A stretch of DNA of 64,000 nucleotides from positions 62,001 through 126,000 of the forward strand of contig JBEWZL010000236.1 of assembly GCA_045837725.1 (NCBI GenBank). Reading direction: 5' to 3'. This document shows positions 31,641 through 43,131 of this stretch, in pieces. The DNA comes from Vermamoeba vermiformis (taxonomy: Eukaryota). The translations under genes and the position numbers were made by a program. The notes beneath the pieces are model-generated. The model worked only from the letters and a program-made list of their open reading frames with translations, was not told where the DNA came from and ran no database searches. Position 1 is the first letter of the stretch; every line of letters starts with the position of its first letter.

Positions 31641-34600
31641 ATGGACCCAACTCAAGCAATTGCTTGGCACGATGACAATATAGAGGACCATGAGTCAAAC
31701 GTCGAGGAGATCCCGCAGGTGCGTACAGTTTCAATATTATAGGCTGGTTAAATTATTGGATATTATTTTTGCTAATATATATTCCTTCGTCGCATACCAT
31801 ATTTCGCATTTAAATATTTTTCTAATTTTTAATTAGATTTTAGTCTCGCTGACAGTCAAAGATAAAGACAAGGTATTTGAGCTGCACGAAGGAACGCACT
31901 CAATAGGCAGAACAGCCGACAATAAAATAGTCTTGTCTTACGCATCAATTTCCAAAAAACACGCCTTGCTCGGTAAGTTCGTGCTCGCAGTGCTGCATCG
32001 CTGACCGTGCACATCGATCAGAGGTGTCCAAATCGAGCAACAACACGGTGTACTGCTTCATCACTGACTGCGGCAGTCTCAACAAAACACGGCTGTGTCG
32101 CAGTGACGATGAGAAGGGCATTGTACTCACGCCTAACACGCGCTACGAGGTACAGTGATGCGCAGGAGGAGTAGCCAGTGTCTGACAGTAGTATATTTGC
32201 AGATATTGCCTGGCTCCAGACTCGTCTTTGGCGATGTCACGTGTCAGCTGACTGATCACACGGCTGAAAAAGAAGTGGCACCTGTCACCACTGAAGAACA
32301 ACGCGTGCCTGACACGAAGAGCGAGAGCGTTGTATTCAAAGTAGTGCATTTGCTATGCGAGTGTGTGTGGCTGTTGATTAACGTGTTGAACAGAAGCCAG
32401 CGAGTCTCGAGGCCACACAGGCCTACGAAGTCACCGATGAAGAGCTGTTGAATGATCTCATGCACGAGTCGCACGATGTCGTGCCCAAACGTCATGCAAG
32501 CAAGTGGACAGAACACGCCACTCAGCCATACGATGAGAGTGAGAGCACCACACTCGGATCCATGAACAACACACTCGGCAATGCATCGCTCAAATCAGAC
32601 TCGAGCACACTGTGGTTCAAGAAAGACAAGCCGAACAAGGACGCACTGCCGAGCACACAAGCTTATGATGAAGAGTCTACCCAAGGACCTGAGAGAGCTG
32701 AGATCACAGTGATTGTCACTGCTCCCACTCAAGCGTATGAAGAACCCGCAGAGGACGCTGGGCCCAAAGATGCAGCGGCAACACAGGCGTATGATGAGCC
32801 GTCGAGTGAGGTGAAGCACAAGGACATCAGTGCCACACTGGCCTATGACGAGGAGAGTGATGTGCCCATGAAGGACGTAAATGCCACACTGGCCTATGAA
32901 GAGCCCTCTAGTCCCATTAAAGCTGCAGACAACAACGCGACTCAAGCCTATGAAGAGCCAGCGAGCCCTGTCAAAGCTGCAGACAACAACGCTACACAGG
33001 CTTACGAAGAACCAGCGAGTCCGATGAAAACAGTGGACAACAACGCCACACAGGCTTATGAAGAACCAGCGAGTCCCCCCAAGTTGATTGAGGTGAATGC
33101 CACGCTGGCGTATGAAGAGGACAAGTCCGCAGAAGACAATAACAACAATGCCACGCAAGCTTATGAAGAGCCGTCCAGTCCGAAACTTGCGGACAACAAC
33201 AACAATAACGCTACTCAAGCTTATGAAGAGCCGTCCAGTCCGAAACTTACAGACAACAACAACAACAATAACGCTACTCAAGCCTATGAGGAGCCCGTCC
33301 AACCAGCAGACACTCACAACAATGCTACTCAAGCCTACGAAGAACCAGCGAGCCCCGTCAAAGCGGTGGACCACAATGCTACTCAAGCCTATGACGAGCC
33401 AGAGCACAATCTACCGGTGACACCCAGCAAGACCACTAAAGTTGTCACGTTTGCTGAAGTGAGTGTCACACAAGTGTACGAAGAGTCGGCGAGTCCAATG
33501 CGCGAAGATATGGACACCAACAATGCCACACTGCCGATCATTGAGCAGCACAGTCCACCTGAAATAGACCACAATGCCACACTGCCCATTGCAGAGCACG
33601 ACAGTCCTGAGTCAAATGAGCGGCACACAGACAAGATGGAGATTGACAGACCAGAGACCACTCACAAACGCGATGATGAAGAGCCATCGAGTCTGTTCCA
33701 CGACAGTCATCCGCGCGACAGACATGCGCAGCCTGTCAATCCTGAGACACGTCACTCTGACAGCAGTGACACGCAGGGCCCAGCACAGAGTAAAGTGACA
33801 GTGAGCGCTAGCAGCAAAATTACAACTTCTATTGTAGAGAGCATGCTAGACAATGAAGCGACACTGATGATAGTAGACTCGACTGAGATCAAGAACAACG
33901 AGAGCTTGGAGGCCACACTGCGATTGCCCTCGACTCCTCCCCTGCATGCATCAGCTGACTCGCTCTCTGATGAGGCAGTTGAGTCCATGCCTTCCGATCT
34001 GTGGTTCATCAAGCACAAAGGTATGAATGCTATTCCTATCCGAGCTCTTGCTCAATTGTGTTGCCAGATAAAGCATCAGAGGAGGCAGCAGACCAATCAC
34101 CCGCCTCAGAGCACACGAACACCCGTGCTGAACTGGCTCCTTCATCGCACAGCAACGAACAAAACAAGTTGCCAGCACAGGAACACAACACCGATCAGCA
34201 CACTGAGAGCCAAGCAGCTGTGTCGGAGAAAGAGTCGCACGACAACAATACCAACACTACAACAGAACCACCACCCAAATCCAGAACTAAAGGCCGCACC
34301 ACTCTGCGCAAGTCACTATCTCCGACACGTGCACGAACTAAGATTGAACCCGAAGAAGGCATGCAAGAGGATTCAACGGCCAATACGGACAAGTACGCAC
34401 TTGCATTGATCGAAAGAGTAACTAATGCTGTTGCAGGACCCGCGGCACTGAAGACAACGTCAAGACTGAGGCCCAGCAGAGCATTGCCACAGAGACGAAG
34501 AGCATACGAGGACGTCGCAAGAGCAAGAGCGAAGTGAGCGAGTCACCGCACGAACACACCGCTGAGTCGCACAACTCGAACAAGCGCACTACTCGTCGCA

Positions 34601-35578
34601 GCAGCTCAGCGAACAACACCAATGTGCCCATCAAAGAGGAGCCCAAAGAAGTGACCTCGAGTCAGAAGTCAGACGAGCAAGAGCACACCCCGCGCAAGAC
34701 TGGCAAGCGCAAGTTGTCGCAAGCAGTGGACGATTCACCTCGCGCAAGCAAGCGAGTCAAGGCCAGTCCCGAGGTCAAGTCCTCGCAAGACAAATCGACC
34801 ACTCGTCGCAAGAGCACAGGCTCAGATGCCATGGAGTCCGAGACAGTGGCCCCGCACATCTTGTTCACTGGATTCCCTGAAGACACGCTCAAAAAATACG
34901 CCAAGACAGTCGAGGCCCTTGGAGGTCACGTGATTGCAGATCTGAAGCACGTGGCTGAGTGCACACATCTCGTCACTGACTCTGCACAACGCACTGTCAA
35001 ATTTCTCGCCGCACTCAACTGTGTGAAGCACGTGGTCACATCCAAGTGGATCGACAAGTGTCACAAACAACACACCTTTGTCGAGGAGAGCACATTTGTC
35101 CTGCGCGATCACACAGCAGAACGCAAGTTTGACTTCCACTTGGAGCAGTCACTGCAACGCGCTGCTCAGGGCAAAGTGTTTGATGGGCTCTCATTCGTGC
35201 TCACCGCCAATGTCAAGCCTGTGCCTGACGATCTGAAGGTCATTATTGCAGCTGCTGGAGGACAGGTAGGCGCGTTGAATGCAGCACGACAATATACTCA
35301 TATCATGCTCAGTATGTTAAAGCTGCTCCCAAAAAAGTAGATCCGGCCACAATAATCATCGCGTGCGCTGAGGACTTGGAACAGGCGCGTACATTGCACG
35401 CACAAGGATATCGCGTGTACACGTCTGAATTCGTGTTGTCTAGCGTCATTCGACAGCAGATCAACTACGAAGCGTAAGTAGAGCTTGTATTGATGCACCA
35501 GTACTAAAGCGCTGCAGGAATCTGTTGCCTGATGCGACTGCGCCGGAGCAAGAGCGAAAGAACCGGAAAAAAAAGTAG
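31641..35578 (+). CDS. MDC1: MDC1 ortholog (N-terminal TQ motif, FHA, TQxY repeats, tandem BRCT)
   Basis: Start MDPTQAIAW; FHA IGR..SISKKHA..DCGSLNKT; 14 TQxY motifs; BRCT PHILFTGF...THLVTD..RTVKFLAAL; C-terminal basic tail RKNRKKK. Confidence 0.85.
32415..33479 (+). repeat. Coding tandem repeat (N)ATQAYEEP(A/S)SP, ~54-66-bp units in the core
   Basis: Repeated AC[AGT]CA[AG]GC[CGT]TA[CT]GA[AGCT]GA[AG] motifs with variable AAC (Asn) runs between them. Confidence 0.9.
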
Positions 35579-35800
35579 TTTGCGCTGAAACCAAGGCACG
35601 TGACAGGCAGCCAATCAGAGAGCGATTTCCTAAAAAGGAATAGTTCGCGCTCTTTTATGTAAAAAAACACCGAGCCATTTTGAACTTGTATAGTTAGCAA
35701 CGTACAATAATAGATTGTACCTCGCTCTTGTAATATATATTTATCCTCCATTTGTACGAACTTAATGAGCGAACAGCACTAACCAGATCTGCGGCACAAC

Positions 35801-37560
35801 ATGTTTGCGGATAGTTTAAGCAATAATAACGATAATCCTCGGGTTAAAAATGAATATATGAAGTCTGGCAGCTCAGGGTCAGTAGGCACCAAACCGAAAT
35901 CTGGTCCGAAGGTAAAACTCAAATGGCGCCATTTCTTTTGCTAATTATTAACGTTTAATCCTATTAATTTTGATATTATAATCCGATGATTATAAAAATT
36001 ATTTTCGTTACGCGGTCGGATCCCATCCTTATCAAGCACCCTACGCGTGCACCAATTTACAAGAACTGCTACTGACCGACGCACAGGACTCGGCGTTAGA
36101 ATCAGCGCGGAGTTCAGAGAGCGGCGAAGAATCACGTGACATTAGTCGCAGTCGTCGCGCACGTGTAGAACAACAAGCGAAGAGCAAAGTGAAGCACCAC
36201 CAAGCCGACGAGTCACTGCTCTTCGATGCCGCAGTCAAGTTCTGTGAGTGCCGCGATGGCTATAATAGTATTGAGGGACGGTGTACTGACTTGACTTGCA
36301 GATCTGCGCAAAGTACTCTCGCGAATGACCGCACAGATTGAGAAGTAAGTCTGATGATTGGACCACTAAGTGCCACTTCAGCACCGATCACTGACCCACG
36401 TGACAGACTGGACACATTCGGCCAATTCACTGAAGAGTACTACGCGTGCTCGCACAGCAAGGCCTACACTGCGCACCACCTGACCAGCGACGAGGAGTGG
36501 TCGATTGGTCTGCCCGTGCTCATTGCGCGCGTCAAGAGCTATCAGTACGACTGCGTCAACGACTTCAGACACGACTTTAGAGAGATGGTGACAACGCGAC
36601 TCAGATCTGACGCCCTGCCGCCCTTCAGCGCTGAGTACCAATCGAGTGAGGCGATGCTGTACGAGGGACTCAAGCTGATTGGCAACTATCGCGAGTACTT
36701 GAACGACAAGACCGTGCAGCAGCACTACATGGCCAACAAACAGTTTGACTTCAAGACCAAGCACGTGATCACTGCGATCATTGAGCGCGAGAGTGACAGC
36801 GAGTGTCTGTTGTGCGGCGAAGAGAAGACGAAGCACTGCCTCCAGTGTCGCTTGGTACGTATCTCGATCTCGATCTCACGTGTCACTGACTGACACCTGG
36901 CACAGTGCCACGACACGTATCATACGGCGTGCTTGCGCATGATTGACAAGCACGTGCCAGAGACAGATCGCAACAAGTGGTACTGCGAGAAGTGTCAACT
37001 GCTCGATCAACACCATCACATGCGCCAGTATCTCAATCAAGCAGCCACTCCACACTCACCGCTGACACATCACGGCACACTCACTGCCTTCACACTCAAT
37101 ATTGACTCTTCACAAAATAAACAGAACAAAAAGAGAAAGCGCACAGAAGACAAAGAAGACGATGATCCGCCGCAGAAGAAGCGTCGCGTCACTCACCGCG
37201 TCAAATTGCCACGAGCCACGCAGCAGACAGTGGATCCCGACAAAATTCAAAACAACAAAGACTATGCCCGGTCAATTAAGTGGGAGCCCGTGGAGCGGGT
37301 GGTGGGGCGACGACTCTGCAACAAAGTATTGCAGTACAAAGTCATGTGGCGGAACAAGTCCTCCGATGGTACGTAGGGCATTGTTGGAAATACAAGGGTA
37401 TTGATTGTTGCGTGCAGAGGCCAAGTGGGTGTATCATTATCAAATGCAGGACTGTGAGGACTACGTGCGCGATTTTGAAACTAAATTTGCGGACTTAATT
37501 AAAAAGAAACAGCTCGAGACACAAATGAAAAGGCAGAAAGAGGACAAAAATAAATCCTAA
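35801..37560 (+). CDS. Chromatin-reader protein: degenerate bromodomain-like region + PHD finger + NLS + chromodomain
   Basis: PHD CLLC..CRL/CHDTYHTAC..WYCEKC; chromo WEPVERVVGRR..QYKVMW..EAKWV..DCEDYVRDFE; bipartite NLS KKRKR..KKRR. The start exon is less certain. Confidence 0.75.
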
Positions 37561-37603
37561 TGTGAATATTACCGAAATAATGAGAACGAGCATCTATTTA
37601 CAT

Positions 37604-39257
37604 TTATTCAATGCGCTTGAAGAAGGACGTGATATTCACTTTAGGTTCAGGTAGATTGGTGACCTTCTTTTTCTTCTTTGCAGGCGACTCTTTGCTCTCA
37701 GGTTTCTCGCGTTTGCGCTTGCCGAGCACACTCGAGTTGACATTCTGCACATCACCGCCATTCTCTTTGTCTTCAAGCTCCTCGGTACTCGCTTGCGTGA
37801 CTGGCTGTTCAGTGCTAGCAGTCGTTGCAACGATGTTGACAGGTGTCACTTCAGAGGTCGATGCAACGTTGACAGGTGTCACTTCGGAAGTCGATGCAAC
37901 AACGTTGACAGGTGTCACTTCAGGCACTGCTGTCACTGTGTTTGCAGTTGTGTTGGTTGACTCGACAGTTGTAATTACATCGATGCTCGTCGTGTGAGCT
38001 ACCTCTGGCTCAGTGGACACTGCTGGCACATCGGGCAATTCTTCTTTGACAGCAGGTGTGACACTCTCCGTGACAGCACTCGACGCAGTACTCGTATTGA
38101 CACTCGCAGTTGATGCAGACTCGAGTTTGCCACTCTCTTTTGTCTCACTCGCTTTCTCTTGTGTTGTGCTCGTCTTCTTGCTGCGTGTGCTGGTACGACG
38201 ACGCGATCGATCGATCTCCTCTTCGAAGTCGATCTCGCAGTAGTCGATGCGCTCCTTGCGCTCTTGCTTGTCGAAGAAGTCGATGCTGTTCGTGTTGAAT
38301 AGACGCGCTTCAATGTCCATCAGCAGCTTGAGAAATCCTTCGTTGACGTTGATCCAAGGTGCGCGCTCTTTAACGTGATTGAAAGCACGTTGCAGAGGCC
38401 ATCGCTTAGCAATCATTAAATAGCTCAACAATATTGTCACTGAACGCGACTTGCCCTCGCGACAGTGGATCAGTGCGCGACCCTCACTGCCCATGTGCGC
38501 GGATTGTACGAATCTGACAGCTGCTTCAATCTCCTCGAATGGCAGCTCTTCATCGCGACTGTCTTCGATTGCAAATCTGCGGTAACGGATGCGCGTGCCT
38601 TCTTCGGCTTTGTCTGGCTGTTCATGATCTGGCTTGACTTCTGCGGGGGACACTTCTTCTTTATTGTCTTTATCGTCTACTTGCGCGTCGTCTCCTTCGT
38701 TGTTGTTGTTGTCCATAGACTCATCTTCAGGCTCTTCAACGAGCGCATGAGAAGTTGGATGTGCGTTGTCATTGTCTTCGGGATATCTCTCGTCCAAATA
38801 ATAGTTCTGAATATCCTTAGTGACGTTCATTACATGTGTGATGCCATTGTCACACAGCCACTCAGAATTAAGGGCAGCCAATCGATTGCCCAAGAACACG
38901 CCTTTGGTGATCTGAACGCCCTCGCAATAAGACTTGTTTTGAGCCTCACGTGCTGCTCTCTTTTCTTCAGACCTCTTGCGACGACTGACCGAAATGCGTT
39001 CTTTGCGCTCAAGATATAGTGCATACAGACGTTCCTCCTCCTAAGAACAGATTTGACACCGTTAAGAAAATGCACTGTTCAAACTCTAGCTATAATATAT
39101 ACAATACCTCTGCTTGTCTTCGTTCTATTTCAGCTCTTCGTTGACGCTCTTCCTCTTCTCGTTTCTTTCGATCTGCCTCTTCTTTTTGAAACAGATACTC
39201 ATAGTTGGGCTTATCTGTACCAAGATTTTTAAAGAATTTAGTTAAGCAAGCCTGCAT
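37604..39257 (-). CDS. Dual-specificity phosphatase with acidic insert, NLS and terminal PIP-box-like motifs (exons 39257-39108, 39040-37604)
   Basis: VFLGN..ITHVMNVT..IEDS..LIHCREGKSRS..LMIAKRWPL..INVNEGF. The phase-0 GT-AG intron joins the exons in frame. Confidence 0.88.
37835..37921 (-). repeat. Three-copy coding repeat (EVTPVN) in the DUSP tail
   Basis: GTTGACAGGTGTCACTTC occurs at 37835, 37868 and 37904. Confidence 0.85.
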
Positions 39258-39387
39258 CGCAACTGCTGTTAGGAAGATAGAGCTGTGTTGCAGTAGATAA
39301 TTATTCTGGTCTAACAACGGTCAAAAATTTTTAAACTTTTGAGCAGACAAAAAGGCGCGAAAATAAAAAAGGTGTTTAACAGTGTCA

Positions 39388-40980
39388 TTATTGCACAAAA
39401 TTAACAAAATCTTGCAATATTGAGGCATGTGCTGGGGAGAAGTGATACAATTCGAGATTTTCGTAAAATGTGGTGGTGATCGTGTAAATAGATGTGGTGA
39501 TCTCCTGCAGCAAGGCATTGGGCTGTACAGCAGAGAGCAAGTGACCGTGCAGCGCAGTGTTCACGTGATAGAGGTGCGGCAACAGCTGACAGAACCGATT
39601 GAGCAGTGACCAGGTGTGCAGCAGTGTGCTGAGTGTATCAGGCACGGCCAAGCTGCTCGTGACCAGGCCCAAGCGATCCTCCGCGCTCGAGGCTGCAATC
39701 AGCTGCGAGAGGGCGCGTGCTGACCACATGCAGGGCTGCATGTCTTGGAACAGATACTGCTGCAGACACGCTTGCGAGAGTTGTTGCGCTACAGGCCACG
39801 TGGCGAGTCGCGATTTGTTGCCCTGGTCGAGGGACTGCACAGCACTGACACGTGTCAACAGCGTGTCTAGACGCGTGTTGAAGGTCGCGAGTGTGGACAG
39901 AGTGACGTCGTGCACTAGCTGCCACGTGCGTCCCGTCTGATCTGCAAAGATCACGTGACGACTGTGCGGTCCGAACTGCACCAAATCTACCAGGGCCAGC
40001 AGTGCTTGATGGCGCAGGTGTGGGTCCGATGTCTGCAGTGCTTGCAGCAGTGGACTGAGCGAGTCAGTGTTCAGTGACAAGGGCTGTACAGAGGTTAGTT
40101 CCTTTTAAGGAAACTATTTCCTAATATGGACGTACCTCAGTGAATATGATCTGTGTGAGGTGACGGAGATAAGACTCGATGAATCCGCACAGCAGTGTCA
40201 CCAGCACCAATTTAGGCAACAGCGCGTCGAGTACGGTGAGATTCATGAACCATTGTCCGACACTCTGTTCAGTGAATTCGGTCACACTCGCCCCTGCTGT
40301 CACCGTGCACACCTCTGTCATAGAACTCCTGCTCACGGGGTCAGAGTGGTGTACAGTCAATGCGCTTAGACCTACCAGCCGAGTGAGTACGCGACGTAGG
40401 TGATGAGGGAGGTCAGCAGTGGTGCCAGCAGCAGATGCGCTGTGTACGCGAGCACTAGTACGGGACCGGCACGTGTCAGCGAGGTCTTGATACATTGCGG
40501 CAATGCCTGGCGTACTCGCTGCCATCGAGTGCGGTGCAATCGCGGGTACACAAACAGCAGTGCTTCGGTGTTGAATGCAGCGTAGATCCAGCTCACGAGT
40601 TGCAACAGGATGTGATGTTCGTGCAGACACAGGCCTTGCGTTGAGGGGATGGAAAATAGTGTCCTATACAGTATATTCAAAGTAGTGGCGTGTATTATCG
40701 CGAGTGGGATAGAAGGCACAAACTGAGTGCGCATCCAGAAGTGCAAAGTGGATCCGATCCCAGCTGTAGGATTGAAGCCGCTCCAATTCGTAGAAAATGT
40801 GTGTTTGCGCGATATGTAATAGGCTTGCAAGCAGATAAACGCCAAGAAAGGTGTGAAAGCGGTGTGTTCAGCCAGCGTGTCTGGAGCCAACCAATGTGTG
40901 AATGAGAGGAGTATATACACAGGCAATAGGGTCCATATTATTGTGCCCACTAGTCTCCAGCGTGCAATATGACTCATCAT
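39388..40980 (-). CDS. NDC1: Transmembrane nucleoporin NDC1 (3 exons)
   Basis: N-terminal TM segments (WRLVGTIIW), YPRLHRTRW, IIFTE, ALL.LVDL....RHVIF, WSARALSQLIAASSAEDRLGLV and IYTITTTFYENL match recalled Ndc1 blocks. Confidence 0.82.
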
Positions 40981-41230
40981 CGTGGTGATTTTAAAAATAT
41001 GCAACTGTTAACGCTATTAATTGCCCATAAAATTCCTCCAATACTCGACTAATAATAATATCAAGTCGTATTGTTGCTAAATAAATAAATAATAACAAAT
41101 AAGCACGAAAAATGTTTGAATAAAAAGGCGGGCAGTTTTTTCTTTCGGGTTCCCGCACCACATATTCCGGTGCCCGAAATCAAGTGTCACAGCGCTATGT
41201 ACAACAAATTTATACGTGTTGGTGGCTATA

Positions 41231-42815
41231 TTACAAGTGCGGTACAATGAGCTCGTCGCGCACAATGCTGCGTCGCGTGAGTGCCATGAGTCGATGCAGT
41301 TTGAGCGCGAGTACCTCGGAGCTGTCCTCCGCGCGTACTGGCACTGCAGCACTGCTCGGTGCAACGGGCGAGGAGGGGGCAGTGCTGGGGGCGGAGGACT
41401 GCGCGCTCTTGGGCACACTGCTCGCAGACTTGGCGGCTTTGAGTGAGGGCAGTTCCAAGCGCTTGGCGGGAGGTTTGTTGGCGGTGAGGGCGGTAACTGC
41501 GCGCTTGGCAGTGACGGTGGTCTTGGCGACTTGGGCCAGCGTCAGTTTGCTCTTGCTCGCGGGGGTCGGGGCAGCAGGGGTCTTGCTGGGTGTGTCCTTG
41601 GGCTTGCTGACGACACTGTTCGCGCGCGTGACAGCCGCGACAGCCGTGACAGCAGTGCTCATCTTGGGCGAGGAGAGATTGACACTGGCAGGACGCGCTT
41701 TGACAGTTTTGACACTGCTCGCGGGGGTCTTCTTCACTGCACTCACACTCGGAGCACGCGACGGTGTGCTGACTGGCTTGGTGTCACGTGACTTGGTGGT
41801 GGGAGCCGCGGACTGAATGGAGCGCACAGATCTGACGGAGCGCGGACTGGAGGGTGGACTGGATGCAGGGGACTGGGGCTCGGGACTGAGGACGGAGGTG
41901 GGTGTCGAGCTGGAGAGCGGTGTGTCGGGGGTGATGGCAGCTGCATTGAGTGTCCCACTGCTGGTATTGAGTGCCGTGTTGCTCGTGCTGGCCATCAGAT
42001 CTGAACTCTCGCTCAACAGCAGCGGATTCACATCGAACGAGAGCTCGAGGGTCTTGCGCACGGTGCGATCGATGGACTGCACGACCTTGACAGCGCGGTC
42101 AGGGAAGTACTCGTGGTACAGGTGCAGTATGTCGCGGGCAGTGGAGCGACACTCGAGCGAGGCATCGCCCAGAGCACGACTGAGCACCTCTTCAAACACC
42201 TCGCAGAATGGCTGCACGGCCTCGGCAGTGTGCAGCTGCAGCATGAGCAGCGTGTACTCGAGACAGCGGCGGCGCAGTGTAGTGTTCTTGAGGTCTTTGC
42301 TGCCGAGTGCGATCTGTGGCAACATGACCTTGATCGAGAGGTGATTGACCAGCGCGCGGATGCAGCTGTCAGTAGCATCGGCCATGGCCTTGACTGATAC
42401 GTGCAGTCGTCCAAGCAGCACTTGCAAGAACATGGTCGCTGAGGGCTCAAATTCTGTGGGCATCAATTCGGCCTGTCAAATCCGCGGTCAATAGACGAAT
42501 ATTGCAATACAAATCATTTTAAAATTAATACGCAGCTGTATGGCTATTATAGTGCTCGCTATTACGTACCATTTTGGCGACTAATCCACAAGACTCTCGC
42601 ACAATAGTTGAGCGCAAGTCTTCAATCTGTTGAAATAGTGCAACACGCAGTGCTATAATCTCTCTGCTCGTTAATTTCAAAGGCTCTTCTGGATCTGTAA
42701 TCAGCTTCTGCATCTCGATCAGCGCTGCATTGCGCTTTGTCCAATCGTCTTTGTCATCGAGTTTCTTCGCAAATTCAGCGAGCTTTTGTTTTTTAGCTGT
42801 GTCACTCATCGCCAT
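41231..42815 (-). CDS. CLASP-like protein (single TOG/CLASP_N domain + basic Ser/Thr/Pro-rich tail)
   Basis: DDWTKRNAAL, DLRSTIVRESC, LRRRCLEY, LGDASLECRSTAR, followed by a low-complexity basic tail. Confidence 0.8.
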
Positions 42816-43131
42816 GGTGTTTAATATTTAACAAAGTGTTATGAGCTGTGGTGGACTGCGCGATGAAATTTGAAAAGAATGAAGCGGATGCCATCAACCA
42901 GTACACTCGTGCCGCGCACTCCAAGTTACTGCATCGTACTGTTAGTGAACGAGTGTCATTCTGATCGTGCAGGTGTGTGTTTGACAGGTGTCACAGTTTA
43001 TTCGCGGTGTACCCCTTTCTGCGGTACAAATCTACAAGAAAGGCATATTGAACTCTCGCCCTACACTAGGCACGAGGCACTAATCGGACATAGTGCATGC
43101 ACGAGGCACTGGCAGGACAATACGAGCTCAT

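Noticed and set aside
32415-33479. Regularly spaced repeats resembling a CRISPR array
   Set aside because: The repeats are in frame and vary at synonymous positions, the spacers resemble each other, the gene is an intron-containing eukaryotic one, and there are no cas genes.
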